From a virus: a DNA stretch of 64,000 bases. The stretch is taken from positions 7,014 through 71,013 of IMG/VR virus record IMGVR_UViG_3300018931_000001. One strand, 5' to 3'. The position numbers were made by a program, and so were the translations under genes. The notes below the pieces were generated by a model. That model worked only from the letters and a program-made list of their open reading frames with translations, was not told the DNA's origin and did not search any database. Within the stretch, counting starts at the first letter, position 1. Each line of letters begins with the position of its first letter. Below, one piece after another: positions 1 through 9,079 of the stretch.

Positions 1-369
1 GCCTTGTCCTTTTCTGAACCAGAAAAAACTAGAGTATTGCCTCAGTCAAATAAAGCAATAGCCAAAATAGTAGAGTTAGAATTGGCTGAAGAAACCGGAA
101 CAGTTAATGTTTCTTCAAGTGTCAAATCCCTTCCTATTTATATGGTTACACCTAACAATACTAAAAGCCTTACAATTGCGCTAGCGTCTAGCAACTATTG
201 GTGTAAAGGGAAAAGTAAAGGAGAATCATTGCCAGTTTTTGTTCAAACACCCTCCGAAATTCCAACTCCGACTCCAACCCCGACTCCAACTCCGACTCCG
301 ACTCCAACCCCGACTCCGACTCCAACCCCGACTCCAACTCCGACTCCGACACCTGGCTATGGATACTAA
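1..369 (+). CDS. C-terminal part of a protein ending in a (Pro-Thr)15 tract; 5' end outside the window
   Basis: Frame 1 is open from base 1; ends ...EIPTPT...PTPGYGY*. Confidence 0.75.
   Translation, partial: ALSFSEPEKTRVLPQSNKAIAKIVELELAEETGTVNVSSSVKSLPIYMVTPNNTKSLTIALASSNYWCKGKSKGESLPVFVQTPSEIPTPTPTPTPTPTPTPTPTPTPTPTPTPTPTPGYGY
262..351 (+). repeat. Hexamer tandem repeat CC(A/G)AC(T/C/A) x15 encoding Pro-Thr
   Basis: Read directly: ccaactccgactccaaccccgact... Confidence 0.95.
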
Positions 370-373
370 AACG

Positions 374-1207
374 CTACCAAGTTTTTACTTGTTCTATAGA
401 ATAAACAGAATTCAAAGTGACTTTAAGCTTATGGGTTTTATCTATTCCACGCCTTTTAAGTGCTTGATTTATCACTTTCTTGTTAAGAGACATTTTCTCC
501 AGATCATCCATATTAGATTGCAAGGAGTCTAAGTGGACTCTATGCTGATACAAATAATCGTTAATTTTTTGGATGTTAGCAATTTCAGATATACGTAAAC
601 ATAAATCGTAATCTTCAATGCGATTAAATTGAACGTCAAACCCTCCTGCCTGTTTGTAAACAGATGTCCGAATCAATCGAAAATGAAAAGTCATAAAATT
701 AGTTAAAAGCTTTTCCCTAGAATAAGGAATTGAGCATCGCCTACCTGGTCGAAATTTGCGTCCATTGTTATCAATGTCTACATAGTTCGTGTAAACCATC
801 CCACAAAGACTGTCCTCGTTCAACACCTTTGTCGTCAGTTCAACCGCCCGCATTTCTAATCGATCATCAGAATCAACCTGTCCTACGTATTCTCCCCGTG
901 CTGCCTCAAACCCTTTCTTGAGCGCATGAGCAGCCCCCTTATTAATAGGATTTGACAACACCCGCACCCGATCGTCCTCTTTGGCAAATTGCTCTGCAAT
1001 AGTCAGGGAGCCATCCGTCGATCCATCATCAACAATGATTAATTCAAGGTCAGTAAAAGTTTGGTCTAACACGCTTCGGACGGCGATTCCCAAATATTTT
1101 TCACGGTTGTAGACTGGAATGACGATCGAGACTTTAGGTGCAGGTTTTTCAGCTTTGGGCTGGTTGGCTTTTTTTGGTGCACTTCCGGTTTCTAATGGTT
1201 TATTCAT
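374..1207 (-). CDS. GT2-family glycosyltransferase
   Basis: VSIVIPVYN, IIVDDGSTD, DxD (VDSDD) and EDYDL motifs. Confidence 0.93.
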   Translation of the reverse strand: MNKPLETGSAPKKANQPKAEKPAPKVSIVIPVYNREKYLGIAVRSVLDQTFTDLELIIVDDGSTDGSLTIAEQFAKEDDRVRVLSNPINKGAAHALKKGFEAARGEYVGQVDSDDRLEMRAVELTTKVLNEDSLCGMVYTNYVDIDNNGRKFRPGRRCSIPYSREKLLTNFMTFHFRLIRTSVYKQAGGFDVQFNRIEDYDLCLRISEIANIQKINDYLYQHRVHLDSLQSNMDDLEKMSLNKKVINQALKRRGIDKTHKLKVTLNSVYSIEQVKTW

Positions 1208-1329
1208 AAGCTTAAGTACAATGCAAAAGTTGTATAATACAATTTAACAGGTTCTCTGAGACTAAAATTGTAAAGGACAGCAGACGAACCCCAAACGCGC
1301 CGTCCTTTACAATTTATTTGAACCCCTAA

Positions 1330-2145
1330 ATGAAACGCATATTTCTCGTCGGCGCACCCCGCAGCGGAACCACCATCTTACAAAGCCTGCTAGCGGCGCA
1401 TCCTAACATCACCTCGTTTCCAGAAACAAAGTTTTTCCACCACTTATGGACTGACAGGCTATCTCGCAAGTTGCCAAACCGTTTGCGCGAATTCTTTACC
1501 AACGAAATCCGTCGCCCCGACCTTTATAACGAGGTAGAAGTCTACCAGCGCCAATCCACCACCGATCGCATCAACTGGTTTATTAGCGTTCTCGACAAAC
1601 TAGCAACAGAAGAGGGAAACAATGTCTGGCTGGAAAAAACGCCAGAACACATTTATTTTTTGGAGTCGATCGCAGACTACCTACCTGAAGCAAAATTCAT
1701 CCACATTATCCGGCATCCGCTGGACGTGGTCGCATCAATGCGGAAAGCTACGAGAGATCCGCTAAACAATATTCTCTGGGGTGGTGAGTGGAGTTTAGAT
1801 TTTTGCGTATCCCGATGGAATAGTTCTGCCTTGATTAGCTACAGTTGCGCTAATAAACCCCAGCATTTAGTAACGAAATATGAAAACTTGCTGCGAGACA
1901 AAACCTGGTTACTGTCTCAATGCTGTCATTTTATTGGGTTAGATTATGACGTGGAGATGCTTCGCAATTACCAAGGGGAAAGCCAAAGGTTAAGCTTGGG
2001 GTTGCCGTGGCATGAGGGTATTGATCGGGCGATCGAGCCTGCAATCATTGCAAAGTACAAACAGTTTCTCAGCTCAGACGAGATTCTATATGTGTTGAAG
2101 AATACGGTGCAGTTGCGAGAAAAGTTTGGGTATGGATGTGAGTAG
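1330..2145 (+). CDS. Sulfotransferase (Sulfotransfer_3-like)
   Basis: PAPS-binding GAPRSGTTIL, EKTP, IIRHPLDVVAS, YENL, C-terminal FGY. Confidence 0.92.
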   Translation: MKRIFLVGAPRSGTTILQSLLAAHPNITSFPETKFFHHLWTDRLSRKLPNRLREFFTNEIRRPDLYNEVEVYQRQSTTDRINWFISVLDKLATEEGNNVWLEKTPEHIYFLESIADYLPEAKFIHIIRHPLDVVASMRKATRDPLNNILWGGEWSLDFCVSRWNSSALISYSCANKPQHLVTKYENLLRDKTWLLSQCCHFIGLDYDVEMLRNYQGESQRLSLGLPWHEGIDRAIEPAIIAKYKQFLSSDEILYVLKNTVQLREKFGYGCE

Positions 2146-2237
2146 TGGCGCTCCGATCACGATTGCCAGGATTTGGAGCGGAAGGAGCAATCGGGTGATC
2201 GCACCACATGATCCAAACACCAATCGCCCATCCAGAC

Positions 2238-2277
2238 AAACAAAACCCGCAGTCTTTCAATCTGCGGGTTCTGTTTT
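2238..2277 (+). terminator. Rho-independent terminator
   Basis: aacccgcag (2244-2252) / ctgcgggtt (2262-2270) stem followed by ctgtttt. Confidence 0.7.
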
Positions 2278-2461
2278 CGGTCGGTTCTGTCGCTTATCTG
2301 CCGACTATATTGTAGCGTTGATCGGGCTAATCTAGCGGGTCTATTTTGTTACCTAGAGTCTGCAACCCCGCTATTTAAGGGGGCCAAATTTTAAACGGCG
2401 TACCACCAATTTGTTAGTTATTATTTTACTCGCATGATAAAATCTAAGTATTTATTACACA

Positions 2462-2926
2462 TTGGTTGCCACCATGAAAATCAACCAAGACGGCTTAGAC
2501 CTTATCAAGCAATTTGAAGGCTGCAAGCTTGAAGCATATCTCTGTCCGGCCGGAATTGCGACGATCGGGTACGGACACACCAAAACAGCAGAACTAGGCG
2601 CTGTCATCACTGAAGCTGAGGCGGAAGCACTGCTTAGAGCTGATTTGAAAGATGCGGAGGATGCGGTCAATCAATTGGTAACTGTACCGATCAACGATAA
2701 TCAATTTTCAGCACTGGTTAGTTTTGTGTTTAATGTCGGTACAGATTCTTTTGAACACTCAACCTTGCTTGCTATGCTCAATGCCTACGCCAGCGCTCTC
2801 ACTGTGTCAGCTCAGTTCTTACGGTGGAATAAAGCCGACGGGCAGGAATTACCAGGGCTAACACGCCGCCGCCATTCTGAGCGGGCATTATTCGTAGGAG
2901 AGGACTGGAAAGTTTATTTGTTTTGA
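2462..2926 (+). CDS. Phage lysozyme/endolysin, GH24 (likely start ATG 2474)
   Basis: FEG..L.AY.CPAG..TIGYGHT, NQF.ALVSF.FNVG, GL.RRR..E..LF. Confidence 0.95.
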   Translation: MVATMKINQDGLDLIKQFEGCKLEAYLCPAGIATIGYGHTKTAELGAVITEAEAEALLRADLKDAEDAVNQLVTVPINDNQFSALVSFVFNVGTDSFEHSTLLAMLNAYASALTVSAQFLRWNKADGQELPGLTRRRHSERALFVGEDWKVYLF

Positions 2927-3372
2927 AGAGACTCAACGTGAATTTCTTCGTCAACCAACAAGGCATTTTCTTCGGGTTGTGAAGAATCAGATTTCCTGTA
3001 TCCAGAGTCACTAAAGTTTGTTATAGTTAAAAGGATTATGACAAGCCCGTGAATAGACGGCGCTAATTTTTCTGGAATTAATCTCTCAGCCCAAATTAAA
3101 GAATTATAGTTGATAACTAGAAGTAATTGAGTAACAGCTAATCCCATCAATGAATAGTTAACAAAAGATCCTTTGACTGAAGCGTCTAATTTGGATTTAC
3201 TTTTTAAAGCCCCAGCAGCAATTGCACCACCTGCAAGAGTAACACCTACAGAAACCATATCCGAGGGGATTTCTTTAGTAGTCCAAGTCAATAATGTGTA
3301 ACTGAATAGTATGATAATTGCAGAAATTGCTACGAAAACAATTACAAAATCCGCTAATGTTGATGCTTTCAT
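2914..3372 (-). CDS. Multi-pass membrane protein, holin candidate
   Basis: About 4 hydrophobic segments and an acidic C-tail; next to the lysozyme. Confidence 0.55.
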   Translation of the reverse strand: MKASTLADFVIVFVAISAIIILFSYTLLTWTTKEIPSDMVSVGVTLAGGAIAAGALKSKSKLDASVKGSFVNYSLMGLAVTQLLLVINYNSLIWAERLIPEKLAPSIHGLVIILLTITNFSDSGYRKSDSSQPEENALLVDEEIHVESLQNK

Positions 3373-3792
3373 TTAATCTCCTTTATAGTAGTCTCTGTCA
3401 TCGACTCGTTGATGTTCTTCTTCTTCAGCCCATTTTACACGCTGCCGCAACTCTTCTATTACAGTAGTATTGTCTATTCCTTCTTCACTGCGAATTAAGT
3501 TACTAATACTTAGAACCTCACCCAGCCATTGGTGAACTTGATTCATTTGTTGTCTTAAGCATACTATTTCGTCAGCGCCTGATTGAACAACTATAAGAAT
3601 TCGCGCTATTGAACTATGTAATACTTTGTTATTTGCATTGAGCTTTCTGCTTTCATTTTTTATTAACTTGTTCTCTTGTTTTAACAAAGTAACTGTCTTG
3701 AACAAGATAACGATTAGAGCGATAGCCGTAATCAATCCTAAAGTTAATACGAATAAAGTGAATAGAACTACATTTTCGTATTGGTCTAACAT
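3373..3792 (-). CDS. Single N-terminal TM plus coiled-coil protein (lysis-associated candidate)
   Basis: Hydrophobic residues about 8-32, then a heptad-rich segment. Confidence 0.55.
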   Translation of the reverse strand: MLDQYENVVLFTLFVLTLGLITAIALIVILFKTVTLLKQENKLIKNESRKLNANNKVLHSSIARILIVVQSGADEIVCLRQQMNQVHQWLGEVLSISNLIRSEEGIDNTTVIEELRQRVKWAEEEEHQRVDDRDYYKGD

Positions 3793-4015
3793 TAGAAAGG
3801 TTAACTCTTTAATAAGTTGCAGGCAATAAATGAATTATTGAGGTTTCAACTACCAAAAACTTGGCAATTGTTTTTGAACAAATAATTCTCAACTCTATGC
3901 TTCCCTGAGTTTGCGTGAACTATAATTGTAAATGCGAAATATTTATAAATATAGCATTATAGCAGCAATCTTAGATTTAAAAGTGCCTTATCTGTCGCAA
4001 CGAGACACTCATTTA

Positions 4016-4437
4016 TTAAATAATTGAACGTAAATATTTAATCCTTAGCGCCATCGGCACCGCTTGCATCGGGGTGCAGGCGGCACCGTAGTGATTGATG
4101 CACTCCCGTCGGCCTTTTATTCGCTTGCCGTCAATTCCGGCTCGGTCAGGCGGGGAATTGTCGAGCCACCATCCCGATCGTCCAATCCCAGCGAGCCAAG
4201 ATGCGGCATCAGCACCGAATCCGCCCAGTTCAGCGGGAATCCCATCATTCATCCCCATACTTGAGGGTTTGCTGACTGTCCGGGCAGGATCGATGGCAGT
4301 AAATTGTTCGCCAATGTCGCACTTGTCCCGGTCTTTTTTGTCGACGAGGCTCCTTTGAAGTCTCGTGCTGTGGAAGTTGCTAACCGATCACCAGTCAAAT
4401 TGATTCCCCTTGTTTTCTCCGAGTTGTATTTTGCCAC
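4016..4437 (-). pseudogene. Relic of a second dual-frame C5 DNA methyltransferase
   Basis: One frame reads LATSTARDFKG...NPQVWG*MMGFPLNW (TGA 4249-4251); the overlapping frame reads GMNDGIPAEL...HYGAACTPMQA, a decayed motif X; no N-terminal motifs. Confidence 0.65.
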
Positions 4438-4649
4438 GCATTGCCCTTGATGATTGCTGCGATCGTACTTTTGCTAACTCCAAAACGAACAACCAAAGAC
4501 TTGCGATCGACTCCCTCAGCAACCAGACGGCGAATCTGGTTTACTTGCTCTTGAGTTAACTTGGCGTTGGGGTGCTGTTCTTTCTTTTTGCGGGTAGAGC
4601 GGCAGTTGTCAATCGGCTGGTTGGTGTTGGGGTTGATCGGGAAGCCCAT
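4395..4649 (-). CDS. Small HTH protein resembling the C-terminal domain of HNH homing endonucleases
   Basis: HPNAKLTQEQVNQIR...FGVSKSTIAAIIKGNAW matches the C-terminus of 19065..19565. Confidence 0.7.
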   Translation of the reverse strand: MGFPINPNTNQPIDNCRSTRKKKEQHPNAKLTQEQVNQIRRLVAEGVDRKSLVVRFGVSKSTIAAIIKGNAWQNTTRRKQGESI

Positions 4650-5404
4650 TATTTGTACACCTCGTGTTTCAAGTCTGGGGAAATTAAACTAACAATTTTT
4701 GTCTTTGGGCTTTGGGCCGATTCAAAAGCGCGTTGTTTTGCTTCTGTTTCGGGGCCCTTAAAAATTTCGTGCATATCCACTTTTACGACCCACATCGGCT
4801 CAGTGTGTTTAGGAGTAACGATCGGGTCAGGACGTTTCCATTCAGAGATCAGATGAAACGGCGGATGTTTTTTTGGATCAAAATTTTGCTCAATCCATTT
4901 AAGAGCCTCAACACTGCACACTCCTTTAATTATTGCCTGATATTTTACGGGTTTTAAAAAGCGCTGCTCGATCGCAACATCCCAGTTACCCGATTTGGCG
5001 AATGAATGGGATTTAGTCAGGAAGTAAACCCAACTATCTATTAAGCCTTTGTTGTTTCCTCCCATATACAAAATACCATCCACAAAGTCGAGATAAGGCG
5101 GTGGCTCAATCGCAGGCACTTGCCGAGATTCTAAACCTCGCAAATAATCCCGAAATAGCATCACATTAAAAATCGGTACAGTGTCCAACCGGGTAGCCCC
5201 GGTTTGCTGGTGCGTTAAAAATTCCAGCATTGCGTTGTCAATATTCAAACGATTTTGCTCGGACTTGATTTGTTCAAGCAAAGTTGTCCGCTGGTTTCTT
5301 TGCTCGTCAGTTTCTTGCGGAGGTTCGGCAAAGTCAGTCACGGTAAATTCCTGAAATCCAGGATTGGCTTTTTCTATTATTCTTGGAATTGGTTGAGTAT
5401 TCAT
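4649..5404 (-). CDS. Phage hypothetical protein; N-terminal ~95 aa paralogous to 18795..19064
   Basis: Shared DFA.PP, QQTG/QTTG and MLFRDYLR.LESR.V. Confidence 0.8.
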   Translation of the reverse strand: MNTQPIPRIIEKANPGFQEFTVTDFAEPPQETDEQRNQRTTLLEQIKSEQNRLNIDNAMLEFLTHQQTGATRLDTVPIFNVMLFRDYLRGLESRQVPAIEPPPYLDFVDGILYMGGNNKGLIDSWVYFLTKSHSFAKSGNWDVAIEQRFLKPVKYQAIIKGVCSVEALKWIEQNFDPKKHPPFHLISEWKRPDPIVTPKHTEPMWVVKVDMHEIFKGPETEAKQRAFESAQSPKTKIVSLISPDLKHEVYK

Positions 5405-5437
5405 TTAATTTGCCCACGTATCTATTGACAATGAAAA

Positions 5438-5638
5438 TTAATCCCACTCCGGCACCGCATATCCCATGTGTCGAAAAACAACTGCTTCTGACTTTGATCG
5501 GGGCATCCTATGCGGTATCCGCGCCACAAAGTCAGCCCGATCGAACCAAGCCCCAAAACCGCCGGGGAACCGGAGGAAGATTTGATCGGGCGCGATATCT
5601 GCAATTTCGCCCCAGCCCCAATCAGGATGTGGAATCAT
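5438..5638 (-). CDS. Small hypothetical protein
   Basis: ATG start 10 nt after the MTase stop; fits the operon. Confidence 0.55.
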   Translation of the reverse strand: MIPHPDWGWGEIADIAPDQIFLRFPGGFGAWFDRADFVARIPHRMPRSKSEAVVFRHMGYAVPEWD

Positions 5639-5648
5639 AAAACCTCAC

Positions 5649-7118
5649 TTAAAAGAGAGAAAGTTGAGTTCCTTCAGTTGCCTTGAACCGATCGCGCGCC
5701 ATCTGTTCTTTTGCTTCAACTTGAAGCCCAGCTAAATAAATATCAAGCGCGTCAGGTTCGTCAAAAAATGTTTGATATCGTTGCAACACCATGTCCAGGC
5801 AATCAGCTATATAGCGCAAACACGGCACCGCCATAGAGTTGCCCAAAGCTTTGTAGCGCAAGCTATTAGGAGAATATGGCTTACCTCTCCAAGGAATGTT
5901 AGTGTAATCGTCTGGGAAGCCTTGCAATCGTTCGCATTCGATCGGGGTTAGCCTGCGAATTTCCCAACCCAAAACTTGCTTAACAACGACAGGAGAAATT
6001 TGATCGAGCGACCATCCACCAGAACCTTTTGCCAGTAAAGCATTAGAACTATTTTGGCGTAATGTCATTTGTCGGCAATCCACAGAATAGGCAATCGACG
6101 CGCCGCTAGCTGTGCTGCTGATATGCGATTTGTGAAAATTACCGGCCCTCAACGTCGGAGCGCATTCTTCTCTAGCGTCGCCACCAGCATCTACTTTGCT
6201 AAAGCCGACGGAGGGGAAGGCTACTGCCGAACTATTACCGCATTTACCGGCTCGCAAAGTTGGTGATAGTTCCGATTTAGCTCCGTTGCCGTAGTCAATC
6301 GAGCTAAATCCAACGGCGATCGGAATGTAGCAACCTACTCCGTCAATTCGGTTTCCGCCTCCACCGTGTCCTTGTCCGAGGGTGTCAGAGATTGGTGGAG
6401 GAAATTCAATGCGTGTTCCAGTGTCGGATGCAGCTTTTTTCCTCGTGCTTTGCTGCGACGAAGCAACCCGGACACAGCCGTTAAACTCAAATGATATCTC
6501 TCCAGGTATTGATAAAAATCGTCGGCTGTCGAACCAGGATGGCGCATTAACCAATCTTCCAAGTTTTCGAGAATCGACGACAACTGCGTAGACTCGTTCC
6601 CTATTTTGGGCGAGTCCGAAGTTTCGAGCATTGAGCGTTCGCCAGGCCACGGAGATATATTTTCCGGCAACCATACCTGCACGTCGCCATTTTCCGTCCG
6701 GTGGGTTGATTTCGTCTGAGCCGACAGTGCAGCCCAAAAACTTGCCCCAGGGATTCCCTGCTGCCGATAATATTCCTGGTACATTTTCATAGATGGCAAT
6801 AGCTGGTTGAATTTGTTTGAGTAATTCTAAGTATTGAAAGGTCAACATTCCTCGTGGATCGTCTAACGACTGCCGATCGCCTGCTACCGAGAAAGATTGG
6901 CACGGCGGGCCACCAATTACTATGTCAATTTTGTCGCGCCAGAGCGTCCCGTCTATTTTTGTGATGTCGCCAAGATTGGGTGTTTCTGGGTAGTGATGAG
7001 CTAATACGACACTGGGGAATTTCTCAATTTCGGCGCAAAATTTGAAGTTGTACCGATCAACTAGAGCGTGTTCTGGCGCTCCGATACCAGAGCAAAGTGT
7101 GGCAGCGCGTAGCTTCAT
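5649..7118 (-). CDS. C5 cytosine DNA methyltransferase (alpha chain)
   Basis: Motif I LCSGIG, IV GGPPCQSFS, VI ENVPG, VIII QNRERVY, RRLTPIECERLQGFPD, X YKALGNSM. Confidence 0.95.
   Translation of the reverse strand: MKLRAATLCSGIGAPEHALVDRYNFKFCAEIEKFPSVVLAHHYPETPNLGDITKIDGTLWRDKIDIVIGGPPCQSFSVAGDRQSLDDPRGMLTFQYLELLKQIQPAIAIYENVPGILSAAGNPWGKFLGCTVGSDEINPPDGKWRRAGMVAGKYISVAWRTLNARNFGLAQNRERVYAVVVDSRKLGRLVNAPSWFDSRRFLSIPGEISFEFNGCVRVASSQQSTRKKAASDTGTRIEFPPPISDTLGQGHGGGGNRIDGVGCYIPIAVGFSSIDYGNGAKSELSPTLRAGKCGNSSAVAFPSVGFSKVDAGGDAREECAPTLRAGNFHKSHISSTASGASIAYSVDCRQMTLRQNSSNALLAKGSGGWSLDQISPVVVKQVLGWEIRRLTPIECERLQGFPDDYTNIPWRGKPYSPNSLRYKALGNSMAVPCLRYIADCLDMVLQRYQTFFDEPDALDIYLAGLQVEAKEQMARDRFKATEGTQLSLF
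6335..6799 (-). CDS. Nested alternative-frame ORF inside the MTase (EcoHK31I beta-like polypeptide)
   Basis: 154-aa ORF in another frame with LSSILE...RYHLS..AVSGLLRRSKARGKKL...LEHAL. Confidence 0.7.
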   Translation of the reverse strand: MPSMKMYQEYYRQQGIPGASFWAALSAQTKSTHRTENGDVQVWLPENISPWPGERSMLETSDSPKIGNESTQLSSILENLEDWLMRHPGSTADDFYQYLERYHLSLTAVSGLLRRSKARGKKLHPTLEHALNFLHQSLTPSDKDTVEAETELTE

Positions 7119-7194
7119 TATTTTCGCTTAGGGTATAGTTAGATTAGCGGAACCGAAGTTGCAGTCAGTTCCGCCGGGATTGTAAGTGGTAGTC

Positions 7195-8088
7195 TTAGAC
7201 AATCGGGAATTGGCGGACTCGAATGGTTTCAGGCCACTCCGCCATATCTCCCCCTTTGCGGTTTTTGAGTTTGATTCGAGAGTGAGATACTGCTACGCCA
7301 TCAATATATGGAGCGTAGCCGATAGCGTTCTGACCCCACTGCTTAACAAATACCGCGACTGACGCTTCTTGACATTGGGTGACGATCGACTCAATCCAGT
7401 TTCGATGGCAAGGACGGGATTTAGTGCCACTCTCTCCGCCGACAATGACCCAACTTACTCCAGGCAAATATTTACCGTCTAGATCTGCCCACAAAAAGTC
7501 CGAAAGATAACTAGAAAGATCGACGGATTCCAGTAATGGTTCACAGCTTAAAAACCGAACTACCGCCGGAGTGTTTAGCAAATATGGGATGCGTTGATCT
7601 ACAACTTCTTGATTCTCTATCGACGTTCCTAGCCATACGTTAGGCAACGGCCAGTTATTGATGCAGTCCATATTGTGCGTAAAACTGTAACCTGCCTCTT
7701 CAATCCGATCGACTGTTGCTGACTCTGACAAATACTGCTGCATCCGCTTTGGGCGTTTCGTCAAAATTTGAAATGTGTGTTGCCGAGCAAATGCCATTAC
7801 AGCAAAAATTTTGTCTATCCATTCATCTTTTACATTGGCGTGAAAAATATCGGACATTGAACAGACAAACACTTTTTTGGAAGCTTTCCAAGATAACGGC
7901 TTTAGTAGTTGTTTTTCAACAAACGCGATCGTGCCGTCCCAGTCTTTGACCATTTGATACTGAGGAAACTGCTGCAACCGTGCAGACTTTGTCGCTTCGG
8001 CGGCATAACAACGAGCGCAGCCAACACTTATTTTTGAGCATCCAACTAATGGATTCCAAGTTTCATTCGTCCACTGAATATTACTCAT
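7195..8088 (-). CDS. Phage Gp37/Gp68 (DUF5131) three-Cys-motif protein
   Basis: TWNPLVGCSKISVGCARCYA, VFVCSMSDIFH, FQILTKRP, RFLSCEPLL, WVIVGGESG, FVKQWG. Confidence 0.93.
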   Translation of the reverse strand: MSNIQWTNETWNPLVGCSKISVGCARCYAAEATKSARLQQFPQYQMVKDWDGTIAFVEKQLLKPLSWKASKKVFVCSMSDIFHANVKDEWIDKIFAVMAFARQHTFQILTKRPKRMQQYLSESATVDRIEEAGYSFTHNMDCINNWPLPNVWLGTSIENQEVVDQRIPYLLNTPAVVRFLSCEPLLESVDLSSYLSDFLWADLDGKYLPGVSWVIVGGESGTKSRPCHRNWIESIVTQCQEASVAVFVKQWGQNAIGYAPYIDGVAVSHSRIKLKNRKGGDMAEWPETIRVRQFPIV

Positions 8089-8116
8089 GTTTTTGCGTTA
8101 ATTTTGATTTTTGTGT

Positions 8117-8764
8117 TCAACTTTCAGGACTTTCCGCGCCCCACGAATCCCAATTTGATCGCCGCTGTCGCGCAAACAACTCTATGTTTTTGCCACCTAA
8201 TTTCTTGGCAAGTCGATCAGCAATTACCCAAAATTCTTCCGGCTTCTGACTATGCTTGCCACGCGGGGCATGAATGACGTTGGGAATATTAGTCAGCCCA
8301 TGTGATGTAAAACTGCCGGGTTTGCCTTTGGTCGCGACTAACCAATGTTCAGTGCAGTTTCGCCCATAATGACCAATGCCGATATTTGGTCTTGGATTTT
8401 CCTCTGTGCTTGCCTTCGTCGTTTTCACCCATGTGAAAATTGACTTATACTCAAACCCCCAAGCTTTCAAACACTCAAACCCCAGTAGTAGGTGATTATT
8501 TGTCACCCATAACAAGAGGTAGCAGTTGACATCGGCGATCGCCCCAACAGGCAAGCCCAGTATTTCAGCGTCGGACATAGAAGGGTAAGGACAACGACCT
8601 CTATGTGATGGATCTGTTTCTCGCAAGCTGTAAGCCCAAGGCGGATCAATCGCTATCAGGCTGTAATTCCCGACTGGGATAGGTGGCAGGCTGGGGAGTA
8701 ATTGCTGGGTGATCGCTAGTTTCAATTGCCCGGTTTTGTCGGTGACATCGTAAGTCGCTTTCAT
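8117..8764 (-). CDS. MT-A70 family N6-adenine methyltransferase
   Basis: IDPPW, LLLWVTN, WGFEYK...WVK, HSQKPE, IELFAR, WGAE. Confidence 0.93.
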   Translation of the reverse strand: MKATYDVTDKTGQLKLAITQQLLPSLPPIPVGNYSLIAIDPPWAYSLRETDPSHRGRCPYPSMSDAEILGLPVGAIADVNCYLLLWVTNNHLLLGFECLKAWGFEYKSIFTWVKTTKASTEENPRPNIGIGHYGRNCTEHWLVATKGKPGSFTSHGLTNIPNVIHAPRGKHSQKPEEFWVIADRLAKKLGGKNIELFARQRRSNWDSWGAESPES

Positions 8765-9079
8765 TTATTTTTCTCTCCAACACTTTCCAAGAAACTCTCG
8801 ATAAACCGACAAATTTGGGTCTTCTTGAGGCGGCGGTATTTCTCGATCAAGCTCTTCATAAACGAGATCGAGCAAAGATACTGCCATATCTAAAGCGTCG
8901 GTCAAAGAAACTTCTGCGCTATTGTCAGCGGGAGCAATCAAAGTTGCTTGTGCTTTTTGAAATTCTGGTTGGGTGGCAACCAATCTTAATGCCTCAGCCA
9001 TGCCGCCGATAATTGCTTTTAATCCATCTCTATCCATGAGGAAACTGGGAGCGAGCCAGTAATTCGCTAAAACAAACAC
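8765..9079 (-). CDS. Hypothetical protein
   Basis: ORF abutting its neighbours in the leftward operon. Confidence 0.65.
   Translation of the reverse strand: MFVLANYWLAPSFLMDRDGLKAIIGGMAEALRLVATQPEFQKAQATLIAPADNSAEVSLTDALDMAVSLLDLVYEELDREIPPPQEDPNLSVYREFLGKCWREK

Noticed and set aside
262-351. Possible CRISPR or other non-coding array
   Set aside because: It is a hexamer coding repeat with wobble variation and no spacers; no cas genes seen.
354-2137. TGG(C/G)TATGGAT at 354 and 2127 as a target duplication flanking the GT2-sulfotransferase pair
   Set aside because: Short and imperfect, and explained by Gly-Tyr-Gly codons; FGY is a usual sulfotransferase C-terminus.
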